Virus record (IMG/VR): IMGVR_UViG_3300032245_001127
From: a virus
Reading direction: 5' to 3' (one strand)
Length of the DNA stretch: 64,000 bases
In this document: one piece after another, positions 18,974 to 27,214 of the stretch
How positions within the stretch are numbered: position 1 is the stretch's first letter
Layout of the letters: every line of letters begins with the position of its first letter
Notes under the pieces: model-generated
The model's input: only the letters and a program-made list of their open reading frames with translations
Database searches by the model: none
Told to the model about the DNA's origin: nothing
Position numbers and translations under genes: made by a program

Positions 18974-19035
18974 AATATATCCTTTATTAAAGGGAGTACA
19001 GAGTATTATACTCCCTTTTTTCTTGCAAAGCAAGA

Positions 19036-19494
19036 TTATAGCGATTTAAGTTTATACTCTATCACTATGAAAGATCTGAATCTTCCTTGATCAGTAAATT
19101 GTTTGTCGTAAACAACTTTATATCTGTTCAAAGATTGTTCAAATATTTGGTTTTTTTCGCTCGAGTTATATTCTCTTGATACTCCGTCTTTCGTTGATTC
19201 TTTAGTTGTTAATGTTTCATTTTTTACTAAAGAGTTAGAAATAACGTCAGCAACTGATATTTTTGCTTGTAGTATTGCTTTCGACTTACTTAATTCTAAG
19301 TCGCTTGATACACCTGATCCGCAACCATATAATACTGAATCAGTAGATTTATATTCATTACAAATAAGAGATGCTGCTTTAATCAAATCTTCATTTCCTT
19401 CGATTTGTGTTTTTTGATTTAATTTATCAAGATTACCAGCACATGCTCCTATAAACATTAATGAACCAATTAATAATATTTTTTTCATTTTCAT
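19036..19494 (-). CDS. Lipoprotein (LPP20-like)
   Basis: Lipobox IGAC; GSGVSSDLELSKSKA; SD GGAGG. Confidence 0.65.
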   Translation of the reverse strand: MKMKKILLIGSLMFIGACAGNLDKLNQKTQIEGNEDLIKAASLICNEYKSTDSVLYGCGSGVSSDLELSKSKAILQAKISVADVISNSLVKNETLTTKESTKDGVSREYNSSEKNQIFEQSLNRYKVVYDKQFTDQGRFRSFIVIEYKLKSL

Positions 19495-19505
19495 ACCTCC
19501 TTTCT

Positions 19506-19871
19506 TTATCTCGTTTTCGCATTAGCAACACGTTGCATCACAGCAACAGTAGCTAGTACGATTAACGTTTCGCCGAGTGGTGTTCTTATGAACTCGCTAA
19601 ATCCCGAATCTTTTTTCTCTCCTGTTGGGATTTCTTCATGACACCTCTTTTGCTCAGTCGTCTTTATGATTTTGCCATCGACAGTACTTGTCTCGGTTTC
19701 ATAAATACATGAATTTGTTGGAATACGTTTATTTGATGATACATCATTAGCATTAGCCATTTTCTCCATCCAAGTACTCTCGGCAGTTATTTGTCGAGAA
19801 TAATTCATTTGTGCCATGCTAGTGGTACATAATAGAGTTAAACTTGCAATTAATACTAAAGATTTTTTCAT
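19506..19871 (-). CDS. Secreted hypothetical protein
   Basis: Signal peptide MKKSLVLIASLTLLCTTSMA; start reassigned. Confidence 0.6.
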   Translation of the reverse strand: MKKSLVLIASLTLLCTTSMAQMNYSRQITAESTWMEKMANANDVSSNKRIPTNSCIYETETSTVDGKIIKTTEQKRCHEEIPTGEKKDSGFSEFIRTPLGETLIVLATVAVMQRVANAKTR

Positions 19872-19873
19872 TA

Positions 19874-19960
19874 TTAAAATAACTCTAAAATTAACAAAAA
19901 CCACAATCCAATTATAGTAGCAAAAAAACATGCTAAAAATATAAAAGTTAATGTCATCAT
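19874..19960 (-). CDS. 28-aa hydrophobic peptide (not in track)
   Basis: SD AAGGAG; single TM segment; fills the gap. Confidence 0.4.
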   Translation of the reverse strand: MMTLTFIFLACFFATIIGLWFLLILELF

Positions 19961-19964
19961 TATA

Positions 19965-20447
19965 TTACTCCTTTTTAGTTTCTACACTTGGAACAAAATA
20001 TTCTTTAATTTTGTTTATAGTGTCAAATATTTGTGGGTTTTCTTCTTTTGTTTTTGCCCACGATTCAGTTTGATACACTTTTACTTCTTCCCAGTAATTA
20101 AGCAATCCAGTTCCTATGTTATTAGGAGCACTAATTACAAAATTTCCTAAAGAAGTTATTTCATTTGCAATAGTGATAGAAGTATTTTCATACCACTCTG
20201 TAACTTCATCTTTAATTGGTTTTTCAGAAGAATATGAAGATTTTGGCATAAAAGTTAAAAGCAATACTAATATAATTGCAAATATAATCGCACCGATTAA
20301 ATCAGTTTTATAATTAGTATATTTTGACATTTTAATTTTTGGTTGCCAATCCCATTCTCTATGAGTGCTCATTTTTTCTCTATTCTCAAACGATTCTTCA
20401 TTTACTTTGGGATTTTCTAAATGTCTTCCAAAATTTTTGGTGTCCAT
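19965..20447 (-). CDS. Membrane-anchored hypothetical protein
   Basis: One TM segment; SD AGGAG. Confidence 0.6.
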   Translation of the reverse strand: MDTKNFGRHLENPKVNEESFENREKMSTHREWDWQPKIKMSKYTNYKTDLIGAIIFAIILVLLLTFMPKSSYSSEKPIKDEVTEWYENTSITIANEITSLGNFVISAPNNIGTGLLNYWEEVKVYQTESWAKTKEENPQIFDTINKIKEYFVPSVETKKE

Positions 20448-20689
20448 TATTGTTTCTCCTTAGTCATTTGTTTTGTTTGATATAACACTTCGCTCATAAT
20501 ACTACGAGCCATTTGTTGCATCGATTCTTCCATCTCTGCTTCAAATAGTTTTTTCTTACATTCACGATCACAGCTGTTTGGAACTAAATTCAAAACTACT
20601 GCATCATAAGTTGGATTCTTACGAGCCAAACTGTGGATTGTGAATATAACACAAAATACTAATAAAACTTTAAATATAAATTTAAACAT
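20447..20689 (-). CDS. Small exported protein
   Basis: N-terminal TM/signal, CxxxC. Confidence 0.55.
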   Translation of the reverse strand: MFKFIFKVLLVFCVIFTIHSLARKNPTYDAVVLNLVPNSCDRECKKKLFEAEMEESMQQMARSIMSEVLYQTKQMTKEKQ

Positions 20690-21392
20690 GTTTAAAATAT
20701 GTTTCACCTTGTTCTTCAAGCAACAAATACATTGGCTTCAGTAATTCAGACATTATAACTGGTAATTTATCACCTCTTTTATAATCAACTGCTTTATTTT
20801 TATCGTAATATGCTGATTCACTAAATTTAACAAACGCATTACCCCATCTTGTTTTATGTTTTTCTGCTTCATTAAAATTATCAAGTACCCATCTTATTTG
20901 GTATTTTAATTCATCTGTTTTAAGTTTTGATAAATTATGAACGAGTATAACATTATCATTGGTTATAGTTGCATAAAGAACTTCTTTATTTAATAATTTG
21001 CCAAGAGCCATTAAATTTTCATATTTTTGATTACGAACAACTTTACCCTTATATAAACCACATTCAATAAAAACACCTTCTCGAATAGATTTACTAACTG
21101 CTTTCTTACCATTATAGATATCAAAGTAAGAGATAGTTCTATCTTTAAATTCAATAATATATTCTTTACATTCTAAAATATTATATGTTGTAAAATTGTT
21201 CTTTTTAAAAAAACGTTTTTTTGCAGTGCCATCAAATTTATTATATCGACCAGTCACTTTATCTGCTTCACCATAATTTTCGACTAGTTGTTTATTTGCA
21301 TTCCATAATGCTATGGCTCTAGCATTACTTTCTTCTTGCCATTGTCTTGTACTTTTAATTGGTCTTTTGTATCTTGGTTTCGTTATAATCAT
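20682..21392 (-). CDS. Hypothetical basic protein
   Basis: 236-aa ORF with ATGA overlap. Confidence 0.6.
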   Translation of the reverse strand: MIITKPRYKRPIKSTRQWQEESNARAIALWNANKQLVENYGEADKVTGRYNKFDGTAKKRFFKKNNFTTYNILECKEYIIEFKDRTISYFDIYNGKKAVSKSIREGVFIECGLYKGKVVRNQKYENLMALGKLLNKEVLYATITNDNVILVHNLSKLKTDELKYQIRWVLDNFNEAEKHKTRWGNAFVKFSESAYYDKNKAVDYKRGDKLPVIMSELLKPMYLLLEEQGETYFKHV

Positions 21393-21610
21393 AATATATT
21401 TTTATAAAAGTTAATAGTTGTTTTTATCGCATCACTAAACACACGAGCATCAGCTAGTTCTTGATACTCAGCATCATTAAGCGATTCATTGTTTTTCTTT
21501 TCTTCTAGATATTCAATATCTTTCAAAATATCTATCAGAGTTTCAGACAATGTAGATATAGTAATGTTTATATCATTATCTGAAATTATTTTATTTTTCA
21601 CAGTTTCCAT
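21389..21610 (-). CDS. Hypothetical acidic protein, first gene of a putative early operon
   Basis: Directly downstream of the promoter at 21617-21645. Confidence 0.6.
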   Translation of the reverse strand: METVKNKIISDNDINITISTLSETLIDILKDIEYLEEKKNNESLNDAEYQELADARVFSDAIKTTINFYKNIL

Positions 21611-21682
21611 ACGTATATTGTACTATATTTTTCCTTAAAAAGCAAGTAAATAACAAAAATAAAAGTATTTAAAAACAATGGC

Positions 21683-24169
21683 TTAGAAGAAATCCTCCAA
21701 GCTACTTGTTTTAATTGTCTTCCAACCGAGTGGAGAGACTGTAATTTGTAATGCATCCAAGAAAACTTTTTGAAATTGAGTATCATAATCAACATAATTA
21801 TGGATGTTAAATTCTTTTGGAAGAACATCAATAAATGAGATTACATTTTCACTTTCGATTGGATTAGGCACTTTTAAATAAAGGAATTTAATTTTTTCTC
21901 CCTCTTTAATTGTTGAGTATTGTTTTTCAAGTTTTTTAGTTTTTAAATTATGATTGTATAATAAACTACCACGAACATGCATAGGAGTAGCTAGTTTATA
22001 AATTGTTGTGCTATCAGCATATTTGTTCATACCTTGACAAGATCTAGGGAAAGCAATTTGTTCTGGTTTAAACGTATTAAAGATCTCACGAAATTTATCA
22101 ATATAATCATACAATGCTTGTTGATCTTTATAAAGAATAATTGGGATAGCATCTCGTAATGCTTTCCTTATTTTTAATGGTGTACTTGATTTAATCATTT
22201 CAAGACCCATTATTTTTAATTTTGGCTTTTCATAATCAACACCCTCGCTATTATATACTGAAAGAATATATCTTTTCTTAGAAGTCCATAATCCACGATC
22301 GGCAATACTTTCTCTCTTCATTACCATCTCATTATGGGTATTATGACGAGAAGCAAGTTCTTCATAACATTTATTAATATATGGTATAAACGTATCTTCG
22401 CAAATCTTATCTAAAAATTTTATTACTTTTTTTGTTTCTGGTAATTCTTGAAATACATTATTCACTATTCCGTCAAAAGAAACATAAATTGAATCAGTAT
22501 CTACAGCTATAATATAATCTTTATTTTTTGTTTTAAGTATATTATTCATATACTCATTTATCTTATCATGAATCCATCTTATAGCTAATTGCCCACCGAG
22601 TGTAATTGCTTCAGCCATTCTTACATCAAAATATCTAAAGTATTCGTTACCCATCGCACCATATGCAGAGTTTAAAGCAATTTTCATTGCCATTTGCATA
22701 TTGTTGGCTCTCGAAATTATTTTTTTATACGCAGGATCTTTAGTTTTTTGATATTGTGATTCAGCACGTAACATTTCTTGTTTAGCTTCAGACCTTTCGC
22801 GATATACATCTCTCATTACTTGTGGGAATACCCCTGCGATTGATTTAGAATAACAAGTACCATTTGCAGCAACTATTACATCATCTTTCGGATTTGCTGG
22901 AACTTTTAAATAATGTTCTACTCCTGATGTATATTTTGTATCTAATAGTGTTTCTGGCGAAATATTATATTGCATAATTAAATGCGGATACAGTGAGTTT
23001 AAATCAAAACTTACAACCCAGTTATGCATTCCTATAATTGGATCTTTAACATATGCTCCTTCAAAATTTTCAGATTTAACATTTTCTTTTTTAGGTGGAA
23101 TAATAATATTTCTTTCACGTAAATGATTATGAATCAACATATCCCAAGATCTTACTTGAGAAAATACATCTTCATAGTTAATCTTAGCACCATATGCTGC
23201 TGTAATTTGAAGTTCGATTAACTTCATTTTATCTTCAAGCATACTTACCAATTCTGTATCTCGAATGTTATACTCTACAAATTTATTCCAATCTTTTTTA
23301 TAAAATTCTGAGAATGTAGAAAATTCACTATGATCTACTTTTTTTACATCTAATTCTACTGACGCAATATTATCAAGACGATATGATTCCTGAGCACTAT
23401 AAGTATATTTGCGATATAGATCATAATAATCTAATTGTGATATTCCTGTTATATCATAGCAAGTCGATTTTTTTCCTCGAATGGTAATAGTGCGTTCACC
23501 AACTAATCCCCAAGGACTAAGTTTCTTTGCTGTTTTTTCATCAATTAATTTTGTAATTCTTCTATACAAATATGTTATATCAAATAAAGATACATTCCAA
23601 CCTGTAATTACATCTGGTGTGTTGTTTCCCCACCATGATAAAAAATCTAAAATTAATTCATTTTCTTTATTGAATAATCTATATTCTGAAACACCTGTTC
23701 CTGAGTAACGATGGCGACCCCATGTAATAATTTTTTTGGTATGAATATTTTGAACTGTAATTAGAAGTATTTCTTCAGGTGTTGTTTCAAGATCAGGAAA
23801 TCCTTGTTCTGATTCTGTTTCAATATCTAAAGAATATATTTTTATCTTATCGTAATCCCATTGAATATCTGTAGGATAAGTGTCCCACATGTATTGATAA
23901 AGAAAATTGGTTTGACCATAAACGTCAAAATTAGAAACTGTTTTATATTCTTCTACGAATGTTTTTGCGTCTTTAATTGATTTAAAAGGAATGCGATAGC
24001 AAGGTTTACCATCAAGAGTTTTAAAAGGTGTTTCGCCTGTACCATTTAATGTCCAAACACTTGGTGCATATGGTATTCTTTCTAGATGTGAACGACCACC
24101 ATTTGATATGGATCTTACGAGTAAATTATTACCAAAAGGAGCAACATTTGTATAAAATTTATAATCCAT
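21683..24169 (-). CDS. gp43: Family B DNA polymerase
   Basis: DIET exonuclease motif, SFDLNSLYP, KIALNSAYG, DTDS. Confidence 0.98.
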   Translation of the reverse strand: MDYKFYTNVAPFGNNLLVRSISNGGRSHLERIPYAPSVWTLNGTGETPFKTLDGKPCYRIPFKSIKDAKTFVEEYKTVSNFDVYGQTNFLYQYMWDTYPTDIQWDYDKIKIYSLDIETESEQGFPDLETTPEEILLITVQNIHTKKIITWGRHRYSGTGVSEYRLFNKENELILDFLSWWGNNTPDVITGWNVSLFDITYLYRRITKLIDEKTAKKLSPWGLVGERTITIRGKKSTCYDITGISQLDYYDLYRKYTYSAQESYRLDNIASVELDVKKVDHSEFSTFSEFYKKDWNKFVEYNIRDTELVSMLEDKMKLIELQITAAYGAKINYEDVFSQVRSWDMLIHNHLRERNIIIPPKKENVKSENFEGAYVKDPIIGMHNWVVSFDLNSLYPHLIMQYNISPETLLDTKYTSGVEHYLKVPANPKDDVIVAANGTCYSKSIAGVFPQVMRDVYRERSEAKQEMLRAESQYQKTKDPAYKKIISRANNMQMAMKIALNSAYGAMGNEYFRYFDVRMAEAITLGGQLAIRWIHDKINEYMNNILKTKNKDYIIAVDTDSIYVSFDGIVNNVFQELPETKKVIKFLDKICEDTFIPYINKCYEELASRHNTHNEMVMKRESIADRGLWTSKKRYILSVYNSEGVDYEKPKLKIMGLEMIKSSTPLKIRKALRDAIPIILYKDQQALYDYIDKFREIFNTFKPEQIAFPRSCQGMNKYADSTTIYKLATPMHVRGSLLYNHNLKTKKLEKQYSTIKEGEKIKFLYLKVPNPIESENVISFIDVLPKEFNIHNYVDYDTQFQKVFLDALQITVSPLGWKTIKTSSLEDFF

Positions 24170-24321
24170 ACAAATATTATAGTTTAAATTTTATTGGAAG
24201 TAAAGGGATGGGGAGAGTGGCGATTATTGGTTTAGCATCATAAAGATCTTCTAAGAAGAAGAAGATTAAAATCGCCACTCTATTTAATACCATTCTTTCG
24301 AAGTGATATTAAATTCTGTAA

Positions 24322-24681
24322 TTAATTAATCGGAGTTAGATCAGATTTTCTTACTGGGTTTTTCCAGTTTGAATATTTGTAATCAGTTCCGTATAAAGCA
24401 TTGATACCAGCAGCAATAATTGCTCTTGTTGGTGTACCAATTCTGTAATATGTTTTACCAGCAACTTTATTGCCATAAATCATATGTCCTTCTGCTCTTA
24501 AAGTGTCAATCATTGCTCTTGGTGACTCTAGATCAAATTTTGTTCTTAGAGTTGTCCAAGCAACATTCTCACCTTTTGATAAAAGGTTTAACACTTTTGC
24601 TTTTTTTGATAAAGTTTTTCTTCCTCTTACAGAAGATTTTACTTTATTAAACAGTCTTTTTAACATTGTCATTTTCTCCAT
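24322..24681 (-). CDS. Winged helix-turn-helix-like DNA-binding protein
   Basis: KVLNLLSKG...SPRAMIDTLRAEG...YRIGTP; true start probably 24672 or 24666. Confidence 0.55.
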   Translation of the reverse strand: MEKMTMLKRLFNKVKSSVRGRKTLSKKAKVLNLLSKGENVAWTTLRTKFDLESPRAMIDTLRAEGHMIYGNKVAGKTYYRIGTPTRAIIAAGINALYGTDYKYSNWKNPVRKSDLTPIN

Positions 24682-24738
24682 TATATGTTATTTGTTTTTT
24701 CTATATAATATTATATACTAAAATATCTTGGAACGCAA

Positions 24739-25038
24739 CTATATGATTAATTGCGACTTGGCAGTTACAAGTCCATTCCCGAATATACGATTATATTCGT
24801 TTGCAAGCGACTCAGCAGGTTCTACAGTTGCACTGATAGTTCCTAAATTAAATTCTACAACTTTATCAGCTGAGTAAGGACAAAAAGGTGCAAGACCTAG
24901 ACTCATTTTTTCTGGCGAGTCTCCTGACATCATTAATACTGCTGGTGCTTCTAAAGTTAATTTTGTTGCTGTTTCGTTGATCACTTTACCAATGATTTGT
25001 TGACCACTGAGTAATATAATTATTTTAATATTTAACAT
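24739..25038 (-). CDS. Conserved T4-like Sm-fold-like hypothetical protein
   Basis: IILLSGQQIIG..LAPF..EP..LANEY; typical position between hsp20 and gp43. Confidence 0.55.
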   Translation of the reverse strand: MLNIKIIILLSGQQIIGKVINETATKLTLEAPAVLMMSGDSPEKMSLGLAPFCPYSADKVVEFNLGTISATVEPAESLANEYNRIFGNGLVTAKSQLII

Positions 25039-25078
25039 AGGGATATATTGTATAATAGTTTTTGTTGGAAGTAAAGAT

Positions 25079-25258
25079 TTATAGAATTGGTTCTAATTGG
25101 TCTTGAAGTTGTTCTGATGGAGTTTGTTTTCGAATTAATTCTGATTCATTTAAATTGAAAGATTCTTCGCACTTGCAAGATTCTAATAAACAGCAAGGTA
25201 TGCCTTTAGAAACTCGCAAGCGATAGATGCAACTGGTTTTCTCCAGTTTAGAAATCAT
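25079..25258 (-). CDS. Small Cys-rich protein (59 aa, not in track)
   Basis: MISKLEKTSCIYRLRVSKGIPCCLLESCKCEE...; TAATG coupling to upstream ORF. Confidence 0.55.
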   Translation of the reverse strand: MISKLEKTSCIYRLRVSKGIPCCLLESCKCEESFNLNESELIRKQTPSEQLQDQLEPIL

Positions 25259-25398
25259 TAGATAATTGTTTTAATTAATGATACAACCCAAAGACCAACT
25301 GTAGATCCTGTTAAGATTGCAACAAGTATAAGTGAAAAGTTTGATTGTTTTGATTGTTTACTTAACCAACGATTTTCACATTTTGTGTAAGACCACAT
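25258..25398 (-). CDS. Small membrane peptide (46 aa, not in track)
   Basis: MWSYTKCENRWL... with C-terminal TM; SD AAGGA. Confidence 0.55.
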   Translation of the reverse strand: MWSYTKCENRWLSKQSKQSNFSLILVAILTGSTVGLWVVSLIKTII

Positions 25399-25430
25399 TT
25401 ATTCTTCCTTCTTGATATTAATGATATTAA

Positions 25431-25460
25431 GAATGCTCGACAAATAAATGCCGAGCACTC
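25431..25460 (-). terminator. Hairpin after hsp20
   Basis: GAGTGCTCGGCA-TTTATT-TGTCGAGCATTC. Confidence 0.55.
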
Positions 25461-25473
25461 ATAAATCAAAGTA

Positions 25474-25932
25474 TTACTTGATAGATACTTTTTTTGGTTT
25501 TTTATGTTCTGGGATTATTTTTTCAAGAATAACTTTTAACATACCATTAAGATACTGAGCATCTTTTACTTCAATATTCTCAGATAATGCAAATGTACGT
25601 TCGAACGCACGATTCGCTATACCTTTAAATATCTCTACATCTTTTGAATCAGATTTTTCATCTTCATCAGAAGATTTTGATTCACCTTTGATGATTAATT
25701 TATCATCTTCAAGTGTAATGTCAATATCTGTTTTTGCAAAACCAGCTACAGCCACTTCGATCACATATTTGTTTTCACCAACTTTTTTTAAGTTGTATGG
25801 TGGGTAGTTTGGTATATTTTTTGCAAATGCATCATGTATTTCGTGGAAACGAGCCAATTGGTCATCGAATCCTACAAAAAATCTATCGAAATCTTTGAAC
25901 GCAGAATCGAATATTGATGGAAGTCTAGTCAT
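25474..25932 (-). CDS. hsp20: Small heat-shock protein (IbpA-like)
   Basis: NYPPYN, IEVAVAGF, RAFERTFAL, NGML. Confidence 0.95.
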   Translation of the reverse strand: MTRLPSIFDSAFKDFDRFFVGFDDQLARFHEIHDAFAKNIPNYPPYNLKKVGENKYVIEVAVAGFAKTDIDITLEDDKLIIKGESKSSDEDEKSDSKDVEIFKGIANRAFERTFALSENIEVKDAQYLNGMLKVILEKIIPEHKKPKKVSIK

Positions 25933-26135
25933 TATTTACTTCCTTTCGAAAATGCTGATACAAATGTCTCGCCTAAATTTACGAAAGACTTTGCTAATGT
26001 TTTGCTAAATGTTTGCGAAGCATCAATGATATTATTCACTGGCTCTGCTACTTTTGAATCTTTAATAAATGTTTCTACTAAAGATCTTTGCGCATTTGAC
26101 AGAGTGTCAATTGCTTGATTTACTTGTGCTATCAT
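25932..26135 (-). CDS. Small amphipathic helical protein coupled to hsp20
   Basis: SD AGGAGG; TAATG stop/start overlap with hsp20. Confidence 0.7.
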   Translation of the reverse strand: MIAQVNQAIDTLSNAQRSLVETFIKDSKVAEPVNNIIDASQTFSKTLAKSFVNLGETFVSAFSKGSK

Positions 26136-26236
26136 GTTTTCCTCCTATGAAAAGCAAGGTTTTATATTTAATACTAACTTTGCACTATTGCAACAGTTAG
26201 GTGTGTAATACTCGGAACAACGTCCGAATATACACT
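26136..26236 (-). promoter_or_regulatory. ROSE-like RNA thermometer 5' UTR
   Basis: Two upstream hairpins plus SD hairpin CCUUGCU-UUUCAU-AGGAGG containing the ROSE U(U/C)GCU motif. Confidence 0.65.
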
Positions 26237-26239
26237 ATT

Positions 26240-26267
26240 ATATAGGTATTCTTTTTTATTTTTAAAG
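26240..26267 (-). promoter_or_regulatory. Possible RpoH (sigma32)-type promoter
   Basis: CTTTAA-N15-CCTATAT versus the alphaproteobacterial consensus CTTGAA-N15/16-CCTATAT. Confidence 0.45.
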
Positions 26268-26320
26268 TACCTAATATAATCTTTTTTACAAGATATTATA
26301 ATATAGAAAATCTTGGAAGA

Positions 26321-26758
26321 CTATTTCTTTTTTCCTATATTATACTTTGCAACCAACTCCCATTCTCCTTTTTCTTTATGAGAAAGCACCTTAATTTGAC
26401 TTAACGATGCTTTTGGTTCTGCCTTTGTAATATCTTTAATCGATAGTAATTCCCAATCTGACAGTAACGTTGCAATCGTATTTCTTCTTTCAATATCGTT
26501 TGCAGTTATATTCGATTCTTTACCATCTAACGAAAATAATTCTTTAAAATGTACAATAAAATATCTTCCTTGTTTATGTAATATGTGACAAGATTGATAT
26601 AATTTTTTATCTGTACGACTTGCTATACCGATTCGTGTTAATGTTTCACGAACTTTCAGAAAATTATCTGGTTCTGGAAGTGTAACTTCCAACATTTTAT
26701 CAGGAGTCCAGTCGTAAAAAACTTGACTCGGTTTAGTTTCATCAACCATTTGCTCCAC
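26321..26758 (-). CDS. regA: Translational repressor RegA
   Basis: FLKVRETLTRIGIAS...LYQSCHILHKQGRYFIVHFKELF. Confidence 0.97.
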   Translation of the reverse strand: MEQMVDETKPSQVFYDWTPDKMLEVTLPEPDNFLKVRETLTRIGIASRTDKKLYQSCHILHKQGRYFIVHFKELFSLDGKESNITANDIERRNTIATLLSDWELLSIKDITKAEPKASLSQIKVLSHKEKGEWELVAKYNIGKKK

Positions 26759-27128
26759 CTTTATTCAATTTAGTTTCAATTATTTTAAGTTGATCGGCTG
26801 TATGTAGTCCTTCTACAAGTTTTGCTTTCTCAACACTATATCCATAATATTCCATTATTAATTTACATTCCTTTGAAAGTGGAATTTTCTTAAACCATTT
26901 GGAATATCTTTTCTTCTTAGTGATACTATTTAGGTAAAACAAATATTGCCATTCCTTTGGAATATCATTATTTTTGTTGATTTCATTAGAAAAAAATATA
27001 GTATCTTCAAAGTATGATAATCCACGATTTACTATAAATGGATTATATGTTTTTACTGCCAATGGATCATTATCCATTAGATTCTTTTTAGTATAATTAA
27101 TTGAGTCTATAAAAATAAAAGGATTCAT
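26742..27128 (-). CDS. gp62: Clamp loader small subunit
   Basis: YNPFIVNRGLSY, KKKRYSKW, YYGYS. Confidence 0.9.
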   Translation of the reverse strand: MNPFIFIDSINYTKKNLMDNDPLAVKTYNPFIVNRGLSYFEDTIFFSNEINKNNDIPKEWQYLFYLNSITKKKRYSKWFKKIPLSKECKLIMEYYGYSVEKAKLVEGLHTADQLKIIETKLNKGGANG

Positions 27129-27133
27129 AATTG

Positions 27134-27209
27134 TGGTGCCCTAAAAGAGACTTGAACTCCTAACCTACTGATTACAAATCAGTTGCTCTACCAATTGAGC
27201 TATTAGGGC
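27134..27209 (-). tRNA. tRNA-Thr(UGU), 76 nt with encoded CCA
   Basis: GCCCTAA/TTAGGGC acceptor stem, D arm GCTC/GAGC, anticodon arm CTGAT-TTGTAAT-CAG, TTCAA T loop, ACCA end. Confidence 0.95.
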
Positions 27210-27214
27210 AAAAG

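Noticed and set aside
21683-24169. Intein or intron in gp43 (also considered for gp41, gp17, gp20, uvsW)
   Set aside because: ORFs are continuous and of ordinary length, with no splicing motifs
27134-27209. tRNA as a prophage attachment site
   Set aside because: No integrase and no duplicated tRNA 3' end; lytic T4-like core genes on both sides
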